A stretch of 64,000 nucleotides of DNA from Camelus ferus (Eukaryota): contig NC_045698.1 of assembly GCF_009834535.1 (NCBI RefSeq), forward strand, positions 6,574,001 through 6,638,000. Reading direction: 5' to 3'. Positions 26,121 through 38,950 of this stretch are shown here, in pieces (the stretch's first letter is position 1; each line of letters opens with the position of its first letter). The translations under genes were made by a program, and so were the position numbers. Below the pieces are notes generated by a model. That model was not told where the DNA came from. It saw nothing but the letters and a program-made list of their open reading frames with translations, and did no database searches.

Positions 26121-27059
26121 ATCTTTTGGATAATTTATAAACTACTTTCAGTGTTGGCATTTTATCAAGGAATTGACCCATTTGAAAAAATAATTTATTC
26201 TTTAGTTCAGCTCGACAGTTTGAACAAGTGCTTGATGACTGTGCCTTACCAATTATGCGTGTCCTTTTCACAAAGATCTCTGTGTGCATTGTGGATACTG
26301 AAACCCATTACTTCTCAACATACAGCCCCGTATCCCGGTTCACAGCAGAATACATCTGTCCCAGGGAATCTTAATGGCCAGTGCCAAATCTTATTTTCAC
26401 TAACTAGGAGAAATGAGAGCCGTCAACTTTACATGAATGGGCCAAATGCATTTCTCTTTGATAGAAAAATCAAAGTTTTAAGCCACTGATAAAATGCTGG
26501 TGACATCCTAAGCTTCATATGTTTGATCCTTTTACAAAGGTGTCAGTGATGCAAGAGGCATTACGTAGAATCCTTGTAGGGAAGGAAACACTGAGGGGCT
26601 CTCCGGCCTGTGTCACTAGCCGCTGCATTAGTAGTAACAGCACGTCAGGGTCTCTCCCCCAGCACGCTGCAAATGTTCAGAGATTCATTTAGTCAACAAA
26701 TATGCAGACGGCTTCCAGAACTGACACTGAAAATGCGAAATTCATTGGCAAAAACATTCCCCAGGTCTCTCAAATACTGAACTTCCACTAGCTCAAGGTC
26801 CCTGGAAAAAACAGGTACTTATAGTAATTAAAAGAGCACAGGGAGGGATGGAAAAACAGTGGCGCAAAATTTAAATGTCAGCAAGTAGCATGTTGGTAAG
26901 AAAGAAAACTTGGTAGATGGTTAACATCCACGTCACCCCTTGCCCCAGGCCTCCCAAACTCAACTGGGGAAAAGACTGCTTTTGAAAACCAGTGGGAGCC
27001 TGAGCCACTAACTGGAGGGAAAAAGTCAAAGAAATGCTGAAAAGAAATCACATCCCACC

Positions 27060-27265
27060 ATCAGCCCTCCACGAGCCCGGCATCTGCGGTCCCTCATCCA
27101 CAACTCACACCAACCACAGGTCAACCTTCAACTACAGGTCAAGACAGCCAGGGCCACCTGTGGTCATCACACTCTGCCATCTTATATACAGGACTTGAGC
27201 AGCTGTAGATTTGGGTAGCTGCCAGGTCCTGGAACTGCGAGGTCGTGGATACGGAGGAATGACTG
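27060..27265 (-). mobile_element. MER2-family (TcMar-Tigger) deletion derivative
   Basis: gccatcttatatacaggacttgagcagctgtagattt...ggtcctggaac...ggatacggaggaatgactg, with the other TIR remnant cagccctcc at 27062. Confidence 0.75.
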
Positions 27266-27519
27266 CGCTGCCCTTGTAAGGATCTGATATTCGCTACAAC
27301 CAGAATGGCATTTTATGTTACAACAATGGAAAATTTTGCTGCTAAGGTGGTGAATGAAACCCCTCAAGGAGAGAATTACCTTCGAGGCTTTTTGTCACTT
27401 TTAAGATCACTTATGAAGTACCAAAGCATCACCTGACTTCAAGCAAAATATTACGAAGAGCTCCCCAAGAGATGCTAACACTCGACTCAAACATCCCAGC
27501 ACCCACAGTTCTGCCTGTG

Positions 27520-28441
27520 GTGCCCTTTCCTTCCCCACAGCCTCTCCTAGATGAGAGGCCTGGGACTTCACTGTCAAACATGGAGATGACTCCAAAATAT
27601 TGAGCTCTAGTCCCAATCATTCCCAAATAGTCCAGACTCGCACGCATGTCTCCCTTTTCTCTCCAACTGGATGAGCATGATCAAATTTACATGATCCTGG
27701 GAGAAATCTTTGTCCCTCCAAAACCTGAATCTCCTCAGTTAATAGTCCACCGCCCACCAACTTACAAACCGTTCTTCATTTTTCTTCTCTTCCCCTCCAG
27801 TGCCCAAGCCATCAGAGTACCCCTGATTCTGCTTCTGAAATTAGCCAAATCCAGTCCAGTTCTCCCTGGACGTTCGCCAGCGACACCCTAGCCTGCACCA
27901 CCCTCGAGCCTCGCCAGTCCCCTGCGATGGCCTGCTAGCTGGTCTTCCTGATTCCCCTCTTGCTACTCGACAATCCATTGTCCCAACTGCAACCACGAAA
28001 ATATAAATGACGATTTACAAGTGCAAACAGATCCTATCCCACCACTGCTTCTGCAAAGGCTTCCCAATGCCCATGAAAAAATCAGAGTTTCCCGTCCTGT
28101 CTTACAATGCCCTACACACTGTATCTAACTCTTGCCCACCTCTGCCATTCTAGTCCACACCGCTGTCCCTTCCCCTCCACACACAGTCATCCCAAAGTTG
28201 CCCCCATTCGCTGCCTCGCATGACCCTATCTGAATTCTCTGCATAGTACCTGCCTCTGTAAGATACTTTTTCTTATTTATCACAATGTGATTATTGTTTA
28301 GGGTCCAACTCTCCCCTGAAATGTGTGCTCCATGAGAAATGGGAAGCTTCTTGTTTGTCAGTTTATCTCCAATTCCTAAAAGAGTCTCATACCCTAACGT
28401 GTTCGGTAAAGATCTGTTTGGAGAGAGGTGGTGGATGAATA
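27520..28441 (+). mobile_element. L2 3' region
   Basis: ctagctggtcttcctgattcccctcttgc, ggcttcccaatgccc, aatgtgtgctccatgaga, ending ggatgaata. Confidence 0.7.
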
Positions 28442-28884
28442 CAGGTTATTTCTCCTTGTCACTTTCCTTGCAATTTTCAAGAAAAGTGGTTAGTGTGTTG
28501 CACCAATAATAGGAACACGATTTCCAATCCGACATTAATCGGAATGCCCGCTAGTCCCCAGTGACCCCCATGTACAGGAAAAGATGCTTCAGAAGCACCA
28601 TGTGTTTATACAGATGTTTGTCCATAAGGAATTTTTTTTAATTAACCACCAATCATGTGTTTCCTACAAGGAAATTACACGGTGAGAGTGGGTTCCAACC
28701 CTCAAGATATTTGCTGGCTCAGTGAAATAAAACCAAGACACTATTTGCAGAAACCTATAGCTGTTTTATTTTGCAGTAACATTTAAAATGGGTGGGTCTA
28801 TTGCTTTATAAATCTTTTCTGTAATATTCTGCCAAGTGAGCTCCCCTGGTGACCTTTAGAAAAGAAAGGGGGTGAAACACACCC

Positions 28885-29105
28885 TGGATTCAGAAGTTAT
28901 ACGTTACCCACTGGGGTTGGCATCTGGGTAATCTCTGAATTACCTTGGCAAGTTTCTAAACCTCTCCATGACTCAGTTTACTCATCTCTAAACTGGGGAG
29001 GAGATTAGAACATATTGTACACAGGTTGCTGAGAAGATAAAACAATGTAAGTAAAAGTTATACCAGTGCCTGGGATGTAGGGGGCACTCAGATAACTTGA
29101 GCCGC
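28885..29105 (+). mobile_element. MIR SINE
   Basis: accttggcaagtttctaaacctctccatgactcagtttactcatctctaaactgggg...cagtgcctgggatgtag. Confidence 0.75.
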
Positions 29106-30113
29106 TTGTATGAATTATTCCTAGGTTATTACTGGTGATTTACAGAATGTTCTATATTATGAAATGTTGGAGAACCTGTATCAAATATCTATTATCACTG
29201 CCACTTTATAAGGGGCTGTTAAATCACTTCCAGTAGTGAACTGGTCCCAAGTCCTTCAGATCCAAGCACGTGTGACTACTGCAGGTGGAGGTAACCTAGA
29301 ATATTTACACTCTATACTTTCTACAGTTGCATTCAGACAAAAAAAAAAAAAAAAAAGCAGCAGCAGCTACTCTAAATCAATAAAGCCTTCACAAACCAGG
29401 CATTTGCGGTTAGAAATGTTAGTCATAGGTGTATCTGAGCATTCAGGATTTGCTAAAGAAAAGAAAAACTGCTCTGTAAATGCTCTTCCATAAAGACAGA
29501 ACTTGAACCTGAAAATGAGTCAAAGTTAAACTATATACCAGACACTCAACATTATAATCACAGAACAAAACTAGACCACCATAATTCACTTTTCTTATTA
29601 TTGCTATTATTACAACATCCCCTGAAGAAACTTCCAAGACCTTTCAAAGACCCTCATGACACCTGGATTATGAAACAATCTCAGAAGAGCATAACAGCAC
29701 ATAAAAGAGAAAGTTATGAAGGAAATGTCATCAGCTCCTAGAAATCTGGCAGTGGAATGATAAAGCTAGCAAGTAACTATGTACCAAATTGAGTTAAGAA
29801 GGAAGGAATTCCAGAAGAAAAAAAAAAGAAATGCCATAGTCAGTTGGGGAAAAAAGTTGGATTTGCCACCTAAAAAGATGCTCGCTTCAGTGAAGACACT
29901 CTAGAATGAGAACTTACATAGGAAACACGTGGCCATTCATGGCTTCACTGATGCTGTTCCTTCTTGTTTGGGGCCTACTATGTGCCCGGCCTGAGATGAA
30001 TCCTACCTGCCACTCAGAGCTCAGAACGTGACTGGCAGCTCAGCACGGTTATGTGTTCAGGGATGGCTGACGAGAAGGCTGGGCAACCGCACGCACTGTC
30101 CGATGAAGACCAC

Positions 30114-30269
30114 TGTGTGTGTGCGTGTGTGTGCGTGTGTGCGCGTGTGGTGTGTGTGCGTGCGTGTGTGTGTGCGTGTGTGCGCGTGTGAGTGTGTGCG
30201 TGTGTGTGTGCGTGTGCGTGTGTGTGTGCGTGCGTGTGCGTGCGTGTGTGTGCGTGTGTGTGCGTGTGC
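30114..30269. repeat. (TG)n/(TGCG)n alternating purine-pyrimidine microsatellite, about 155 bp
   Basis: Seen directly; one phase break near 30149. Confidence 0.98.
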
Positions 30270-30550
30270 CTGTAGCACCAAGTCAGTGAAAGAGCATCTA
30301 TTTAAAAGGTATCGCATGGCTGCGGATGCTTTCACACATCAGTTAACTTATTAGAAACTTATAATTGAGCCACAAAGCTGGGCTTTTAGTACACGGTTTT
30401 AGACAATTATTTCATTGATTGTATCTCTGCCCTAGTGACCTTCATGAGCGCCAGTGAGAGCACAATCTCTGTCTACGTCCATATTTATGTCTGTGTCAGC
30501 TATATCTGCACCTACAAACCCACATCTCCACCCAGATGGATAGACACATA

Positions 30551-30598
30551 TAGATAGATAGATAGATAGATAGACAGATAGACAGACAGACAGACAGA
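30551..30598. repeat. (GATA)n/(GACA)n compound tetranucleotide microsatellite
   Basis: tagatagatagatagatagatagacagatagacagacagacagacaga. Confidence 0.97.
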
Positions 30599-31689
30599 GT
30601 CACCTGACCCCAGATTGTGCTCCCGGCATGGCAGGGGCTCCATAAAGACAGATCAGTGCTGTTTTTGGAACAGGCACATCCCTGATAACTAATCTGCAGG
30701 AACTACAACTTCAGGGTTCTAAGCTCGGCCCGGCCCGTGACCTGACAGTTACCCTGCACTGTGCTATTTTTACATTTAATAATACAGACTCCTTGAAGAT
30801 GATACTGATGAAATTCCACAGTAGGTCCAAACACTCAATTTAAGAAACATTAAATGCCAGGAAGGAACTGACATCCGATGACACAGGTGAGGGCAGGGCC
30901 ACTGGTCTTAGTCTATGTGCTGTTTGACTACTATGACCTTCCCTTTCAGTTACCTTCACAACTCACAGACAGTCATCAGGGAGAAGCAGACTTTGGAAGG
31001 GCTGTGCACTCTCTCCTAAGAGCTGGTATGAATGACGTTCACTTATCCTCCAAAGCGGCAAGACTATTTGAGAAAGCAGTAGAGTAAATGGCCTCACATG
31101 GACAATACGGGGACAGTCTGTGATGGCTACAGCAAATCTAATTATTTAATTATAGGAAAATCATGAAATACACATCTTAAATCAAATGTAGCACAGTCAG
31201 CCAGGCTAGAGGAACACATTTTTACCAAACTCTTAAGGACCCTTCTGGTAAATTAGGTTTTACAAAATTTCAATCTGAATCACTTCATTAAGTAACATGA
31301 ACACATTCAGTGCTCATTGTGTGTTAAGTATTGGGAAGATGGATACAATCAAGGGCTTCATAGTGAAAAAGAAAGACACAAGAAATAGTTCAATAAATCC
31401 AACTTTAAATTGCTACTGTGGGGACATGCACAGGAACATGGGGACAGGAAGGAGAAGGATGATAAGGGTTCACAGAGCAGATAATATGTGGTCTGAGAAT
31501 TGGTGAACAAGTGAACATCCGCCTGCTGGACAACATGGGGAAAATTGTACCAAATACACTAAACTCTGGTTGGGGATAGAGGAGGAATAATCTCATTCCT
31601 TCCTCTTGCAGACAATCTCATGTACTTCCAGTTCTGTGCCCAAATTAGAAATAGGGTTTTTTCTCACCCAGTTTAAAAAATCCCAAACG

Positions 31690-32440
31690 ATCCATCCAAC
31701 CATTCACCACCCATCCAACAAACAATCATTGACAGCTTTTCTGTCTTAGACCGTTCGATGCCTGAAGATGGAGCAGTGATCAAAATAGCGAAAATCCCTG
31801 CCCTCATGGAACTTACACTATGGGGAGGGCAGAAATTATACAAGTGGTGAGGATGGTGGGGAAAGAGATGAGGTCAAGGTACGGAACCCTTAAGGACGCC
31901 AGTGGTTGTAGGTCAGGGAGGTGAGCAGTTGAAGGAAGGGACAACGGCTAGAGATGGAGGAGTCACATCAGGGAGCTGCGGTGTCCAGAAAGCAGATGGA
32001 AAAGTGCTTCGAGGAGGCGGGAGGGATGGATTAGACTGTACGAAGGCTGCCGCTCCTGACTGTCTGGTGTGAGGCTGACTGAATGTGGACGCCTGGATTC
32101 AACAACATGGAGGTGACGGGTGACCTTGAAGAGGCAGGACTGATGATGGAATGACCAAGTGGTCAAAGTGGGTTCCAGAGGAAGTGGAAACACAAGGAAA
32201 TAGAAACAAATGCTTTTAAAGAGTTCTTCTGTAAACAGAAGGAGAGAACTGGGTCCTGGCTGGAGAGGAAATTCAGGTCAACAGGTCATTTTTTTAAAAA
32301 TGGTAGATGTTTGCATCTCTAAGGGAAAGATCTAGCAGAGAAGGGAAAATAAAAATTGATGAAGAAAAGAAAGGGAAGAACTCGTTTAAGTCCTATCTTT
32401 GAGTAAGAAAGAAGAAATGGGATATTGGTGACCAAGCTAA
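31690..32440 (-). mobile_element. L2 fragments
   Basis: catccaacaaacaatcattga, aaatccctgccctcatggaacttacact, ggattcaacaacatggaggtgacgggtgaccttgaagag. Confidence 0.8.
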
Positions 32441-34743
32441 AGTCTTGGCTCTCAATTAGAACTGTTCAGAGTGGCCACCAGGTGGGACTTGTGATTGGCC
32501 AGTTTGGGTCGGCGACCCACCTTCCAATCATCACTGCAGCAAAGAGGTGACTTTCTATGGAAGGAGGAGGAACAGTTCTCAAAGGTATATGGCCTCTGAG
32601 CTGTGAGCAGGACAGTAACGTCCCTCACTCCAAAAAAAAATTCTGAGCAATGGTAAACAACTTAGAGACACTCACCCAATTCCTCAACACTGGAAATGTA
32701 AGATCTATTTGCTATTTTTAGGTACTGTTATATGAAATCTGGTGGTATTTACTTCCCAGAATCTCCTGACCATCTTTCCAACCTTTGCTTTTTCTGCTTT
32801 GGTTTAACCAATAGTGGTTACTGTCCAAACTTTCAGCAAAAGCAAGTGAAACAAAATGACTCTGATGCCTTTGTGGCCTGGGAGACACAAACACACATGA
32901 AAACCACATGAAAAGCTCCAGTAGATAAAACACGAACTGATTAGGTTTGCAGCCCTGCAGCTATGGCAGCTGCTCCAATACTCTGATCTGGAGACCACGA
33001 TGCAGGAAAACCTCAAGTCCCATGAAATCCAAAAATCCAAACACAGGGTCATTTTTATGCCCTGAGGAGAGTCCCGCCAAAAAAAGATCTTAGGCACAGT
33101 TTAAACAAGAGGGCAGTATCCTCGCGTGCACACGTAAATCTTCAAATCCAAGCAATTAACCTCACACACATCTGGCCCTCTAACGGGTGTCTGAGAAGGA
33201 ACAGCACACAGACACCATGGCCAGCCTGACTTCCACACAAAACAGAGAAAAGAAAATGGATTCTGAACCTCACCGCACATCTGTGGCTCACAAATATTTA
33301 TAATAGTCACAGAGCCGGGACAATAACAGACTTGGCAGACACTCAGCTAAGCAAACAATAAAAAAGTCCCAAATCCCAACACGGAAGAGAACAGGAGAGA
33401 AAGCAAGGTTTCCCCGGCTCCGTAGCGGGCGCTCATTCTGATGCATTCTGATGTGCCTAATGGAAGCAGACAATTCTCCCGTTGGTGAACTTGGGGAACG
33501 TGGGGTGAAACGCATATGACAAAACAGATCAGATCTGCATGGGGCCCTTCCAGGTCGCCTCGTGGAGATTTTCCATGAGGCTGACCAGACAATGGGACAA
33601 GAATAATAAGATGTGGAGTCCACAGCGTTAGTATTTCAAACTTTATTAAGGATGACAGGCTAAGTCTTGATCCCCAAATACAACCACTCGGCATGTTTAC
33701 GCAAGGGATGTACCTTGTGTCAACAGTATCCACAGAAACGCACTGCGACTATCACAGAACAGAATTCCTACCCGCACCACGGCACCGACCGAAACACCGA
33801 CAGCAAAACGCAGTATCTATCTTGCAGCCAAGAAATTTAGAAAACCAAGAAAAGTAAAGATGGAGACTTGAGTGCGTTTCAGTCTGCCCAAAGCCAAGTA
33901 CGCCTCCATCTCAGAAAGAGAATTCTAGCCAATTCTCTGTCTTTTGGAACCTAATGAACTATGAAACCATTATTGTAGGCACATGAAAATTGATAATTAA
34001 ATTACTATTCTAGGTGAGTCCTCTAAACTCAACAAGTAAAGATATCAACCAATATATATGAGATTCAGCCAGCCCTGGTCTTCCAGACACACCACAGAAC
34101 ATGAATACACCATGATATGACTTAATACTGCTCAACATAATGGGTTAAGTTCTAGTAAATTAAAAAAATCCGAAATACAGTTGTCAAGATATAGAAGCTG
34201 TAGAAAACCTGAAAATGCAAAAGTTAACCTTTCCCTGACCAAAAGAGGAAAATAAAAGAATGAAAGAATTTCAGTTGTCTGACTGTAAACCTGGTCGCTA
34301 TCTACAGGATGAAGCGATGTGTTATGGAGATTCCTCATTCCTACAGTATTCTGATTGAGCACCTTCATTAGATTAAGATCGGGGGACGATGTTCGTCAGT
34401 GAGGAAAGAGAGAGGCAGAATTAAACTATGAGAAGAATTATGAAAAGTAATATCTATCCTTAAATAATGAACTCTTCCCTGAATTAAAGACTTGAATTTT
34501 AATATTCAGAAGAAAGTAAATTTAAAAATTTATTAAATTTTTAAGCATTGGCTGAACTCATTACAAAGGAAATATTTGGCGACACTAAAATGAACTTTCT
34601 AAATTTAAAAGGATAAAGTTAACAAGGAAATAAAGTATAGAAAAATGACAACAGAGGGTTAATATTCTTAAAAGTGAATTCTGTAAATATCTGTAAGAAA
34701 GTACTGAATCTCAGAAGCTAAACAAGTATAAAATAAGGACTAA

Positions 34744-34882
34744 CCATTCTCTCCCACATACGTTGTCTGCTGCCGCTTTAGGCTACGACACACAGCCGAG
34801 TTGGTCCAACAGAAATGCGATGACCAGCAAATCCTAAAATATTAACTACCTCACCCTTTCAGAAAAAGTCTGCCACCTCCTG
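34744..34882 (+). mobile_element. MER58A 3' part (hAT-Charlie)
   Basis: gcaaatcctaaaatattaactacctcaccctttcagaaaaagtctgccacctcctg. Confidence 0.75.
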
Positions 34883-34999
34883 ATTTAGATTGCTGACTTC
34901 TTACCATTTATGGTGAGCTTTTCTTTAAGGACCTGAGTATTGCCCAATCCGGAATAAAAGTGTATCTGTCCTTATTCCCAAAGGCATTCTTAGTGCTAA

Positions 35000-35115
35000 G
35001 AGGTCGTATTGTGTTAGAGTTAAGGGCATGGGTTCAAATCCCAGCTCCTCCTTTGACTACTGTGAGCTCTTGAGCAAATGACTTAACTTCTCCGTGCCTC
35101 CCTTTCTTTCTGGAA
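35000..35115 (+). mobile_element. MIR SINE about 120 bp from the exon donor
   Basis: gggttcaaatcccagctcc...ttgagcaaatgacttaacttctccgtgcctc. Confidence 0.8.
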
Positions 35116-35237
35116 GCTTGTTCATTCTTTCACCACCATTTCTAACAGCAGAGATAACTGATGCTCATAAACTGTCACAATAACTCAATCTAGTAAATCG
35201 TTGGCTTCTTCATTTCCCATTTAGGTGTCCGACTTAC

Positions 35238-35332
35238 CAAGGAGGGACGGGGTGGAGCGTTTCCTCGACCATGTATCACACAAAGGACCCGCAGCCTCTC
35301 AGGCCAGCCAGCCCAACTCTCACACACCAACG
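35238..35332 (-). other. FOXP1: Internal non-coding (5'UTR) exon, 95 nt, probably of FOXP1
   Basis: Minus strand reads cctctctcttttcttttgtttttttgcag|CGTTGGTGTGTGAGAG...CCGTCCCTCCTTG|gtaagt, a very strong acceptor and donor pair. Two of three frames contain stops. It is the only such clean exon in 64 kb. The gene assignment rests on my unverified recollection that FOXP1 has a 95-nt 5'UTR exon flanked by very long introns. The exon itself is more certain (about 0.9) than the gene name. Confidence 0.65.
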
Positions 35333-36610
35333 CTGCAAAAAAACAAAAGAAAAGAGAGAGGGAAGATCCTATTAACCCACTTTAAAACAGGCCGTAATCA
35401 TTGCTCATCGATTCTGGAAAGTTCCATTAATGGCCTGCACAACCAGCACAACCTGCTTTAGCAACATGAGACTTAGCACAGAGTGACCCAGAACAGCTTG
35501 AATCACAAACATGACAGCCCTAGCTTAGCATCCCGTGCACCAAAGGACTTCTTTCTTCAGAAAAGAAGAAATAAACATTCAACTGTTATTAACATATGGG
35601 AACAAATCTCATGAAACAACCGAAGGACCATCATTTCAAACCTACCTGAATGACCTCAAGCAGTCTGCACATCAAGCACAGACGGGTCACATGAATGTAC
35701 CCATTTTACGACGGCTCTCTCATTCTGCTTTGGGGAACCTTAAGTAATGCATTTCAAAGACAGGGGACAGAGGCAGAAGGTGTAGAACAAACTACACCAG
35801 AAATTAGAGTTTGTGTTTTTATTTACATAGTAATTGATTTGGTGCACAATTTGAGACTTTATTTTTAAAAAATGAATTGTAAACCATAAAAAAAACCTCA
35901 CTTTACTAAAACCAAGTAAAGCTTTGTAATCTCCTCATTCGATGTAACATTAAAAATCCTGAAAACTTGGTATCATAAAGGGATAAAAGACTACTGCAAA
36001 ACACAGCCTCCCTAGCACCACGGATGCCAGAAATGGAAGAAATGGGTTACTTTCCATTTCTCATTCATAAAAGAAATCTGTCCATTACTAGTGGAGGATG
36101 CCTGTTACTTCAAATACTGTACTCTGGGCTCATGTTTTTTCCGTTGTCTTAGTTCGTAGAGTTTCTTTCTGCTCTCTGTGCTGCACTCCGCAGACTCTGG
36201 CTGCTGTAAACCTCAAACACACTACGTTGCCTATCCCAACACAAACACTTGGGCAGCAGCTAAGCATGACGACAAGAAAAGGGGGAGAAGAACTTCCCAG
36301 AACATTCCAGAACATTCTGGCTATTCCTCTATGCAATGACTCCCACACTATCTACTTAGTAATTATCTAAAAGCCATCTGCCTGTGGAAAATAAACTGAC
36401 TTCCAGCAGCTGGAAATTTATGCAATTTTCTATCTACTGAAATGCCTTTTGAAAGTCCTAAGGTTCAAAGGAGGCCAGAGGGCGGTGGCTAGGTGACACC
36501 GTCTCTCCGTGAGGCTCCCTGCTTTGGGCAGTTCATGGGGAGCGAGGGGGCAACCCAAAGCAGCATATTCAGAGTCACCGGGAAGGAGCCCCCAGCCCAG
36601 GTGCACTCAC

Positions 36611-36790
36611 GCACGGCAGCGTTGCCAACCCCAAGGAGGTCCCAGCGGAGTCTTTGAAAGTCTGTGACTTCATCCTTTGGAAAAGAGGAGGTGCAGATGC
36701 AAATCCTTGAGGCCAAAAGAGGAGTGAGGGAGCTCTCCCCAAGGTAAGAAGGCAGACTCAGCCCAGGAAAAATTCCTAGGAGCGGCCAAT
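36611..36790 (-). promoter_or_regulatory. Candidate alternative first exon/internal promoter (or 64-nt cassette exon 36611-36674) upstream of the 95-nt exon
   Basis: Donor TGC|gtgagt at 36611/36610. CpG-retaining, repeat-free context with octamer ATGCAAAT at 36697-36704 and CCAAT boxes near 36786 and 36805. An acceptor-like cctcctcttttccaaag| also precedes 36674. The 5' end is not determinable from sequence. Confidence 0.4.
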
Positions 36791-38779
36791 TCCTTTCTCA
36801 CGACACCAATAACATCTCCTTCGGGTGTGGCAACAAATATGTTGGTTGGGACTTCTTTATTAAACAGCATGTTTGAATACAACAACTTCCTGTCTTGAGT
36901 CCTAAAATCTATTTTACAGTTAGTACTAAAACTTCTTTGGATTTGTTTATCTCTTAATTAAAATTTAACTAATAAAGTTGGACAGACCCAGTGTTTACTG
37001 CCATGAATACCTGGCAATTCCTACAGACTCGTTTGTGTCAGAATTAAATTACAAACAGGGCTGATAATTAGGTATGGAGGCTGAGCTCTCCCATCCTCCC
37101 TCAGTGAGGTCATAAATTAGCTAACGTGGCCCCTTAGCTGGGACGTGCTACAGTCAGGCCTACGGAGAATGGCCATCCTCTTAAACTACAAAGGAGACCA
37201 AGGCCAAAAAGGCCACTTTAAGAATTCAGAATCGTTGACACAACCACACAACAAACACTGCAGGAAAAGAGCACACCTGCTGAACCCAGGCAGGGACAGC
37301 CTGCATCCTGGACAGCCAGACCAGCCTTCAGACTTTAAAACGAGCCCCTTCCTTGTGAAAAAGCAACATTCAAGGGACAGATCACCTATACGGAGTTCAC
37401 AAGGCTTGGGGGACAGCAGAACTCCCTTTAGAATCTGAAATTTAAATCGGAAACCAGTTCTAGCAGCAGAATTCAGGGACCTACACCCCGAAAGGTTTTA
37501 ACAATGCCTGTGTTTACATCAACGGTGAAGAAGACATTGTACCCCCACCCCAGCCCATGACAGCCAAGCAAATGGCATCAGGACTTACTCCTCTGCAGGG
37601 TCAATCCTTGCCTGAGTAGGTGCACCACCCTGTAAGGGAATATACCCCGTTCAACACGACACCCACGTGTGCCCAGGGGCGTGGGCTCAGTGACCTCGCA
37701 CGGGCACTTAGCTGAAGCCACAGACGCCGGGCCCCTCAGGTCCAGTCCGAGCGCCCCCATCTTCCCCGAGGGAGGTCTTAAATTAGCTGTTGTATAGACC
37801 ATAAGTCACGGCCATACTTTCTAGAAAACTAAGAAAAAATTCTAAAGGTAAAGGCCCTACAAAGCCCCAGAAGAATATCACAGATGGGAGGTCAGAATAT
37901 TTCAAAGGGGATATTTAATAGCCCATTAAATAAGAAAGTGCTTTTGTTTTATTAATACATAAATGCCCCGCTGGACTCAATTCCATGCCATCCTTATTAT
38001 TTTCTGTTTTAGTTTAGAGTCAACTTCAGTAGAAACGAGGCCTGAGTCCTCTGCCTCCTGGTTCTCAATTGGAGCCTCGTCCTGGAGGAAACACAGGTGC
38101 AGAACGAGCCCTATCCTATTCTGATTTACAAACAATAAACCTTTCCTAGGACTTGTGCCCGTAGCCACCTTTCAGAGGCTCTTAACATTGTCTCTGAAAC
38201 AAAAGGCACACAGAAAATTTAAACGTCAATTAGTACTAAGATGCTTTTCCATAAAATATGCAACTCTCCCCTGCCCAGGCTACTTAGAATGAGAAAAAAA
38301 AAAAAAAAGGTGGATTTAAACATTCTCCTAGAAACCAAAGGTCAGCTGAGCAGTGTGGCCTTTATCCTACAGATACAAGAGAAATTAAAACTTCAGGCCA
38401 GTCTTAAGAGCTTCATTTAGAAATCGTACCACAGTAACATCACAAGAAATAAAAATGAAAATGGGCAAAACCGCCTGGCATCATAAAGATGTCTCGTGGA
38501 GACATGGAAAGAAACCCCACAGAATGCAGGCTCAGAAGACCTACAAGCTGTTGGGCTATGGTTTCCCAAAAAGCAAGAGTTTGACAGCATCCGTGGGGCT
38601 TACCTGAGACACATCCCAACATCCGCAGATCAGTCAGCAAACCACCATACACAGCACATCCCACCCTGGTCGGCGTGGCAGGTGGTTCAGAGACAAAGCA
38701 GGAACTGGTTATGTTCTCAGGAGCCCACACAAGACACTGCACGATCTGTCTGCTACACAATTCAGTAAACAGTATGAAC

Positions 38780-38950
38780 GTGGAGGAAAAGAGGTTACTT
38801 CCAGGTAAAAGAGTCAAGGAAAGCTTCCTGGAAGAAGAGGACTGTGATCTGGGCTTTGGGGGGTGGGTAGGATATTGAAAGAGATGATGAAGTGGATTTG
38901 AGCGGGGAGCATTACAAGTGAAGCAAATGGTAGATGAGGCAGGAATTCCC
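38780..38950 (-). mobile_element. L2 fragment
   Basis: gtcaaggaaagcttcctggaagaagaggactgtgatctgggctttg...gtaggat. Confidence 0.6.

Noticed and set aside
30028..30354. CVRV / HTRT repetitive ORFs
   Set aside because: Translation of the TG/CG microsatellite.
32472..32490. CTCF-like motif tggccaccaggtgggactt
   Set aside because: Mismatch at a highly conserved C in the core; cannot be supported without ChIP data.
37589..37629. 41-nt pseudo-exon (ttcccttacag|...GGA|gtaagt)
   Set aside because: Short pyrimidine tract, weak exonic donor context, no further support.
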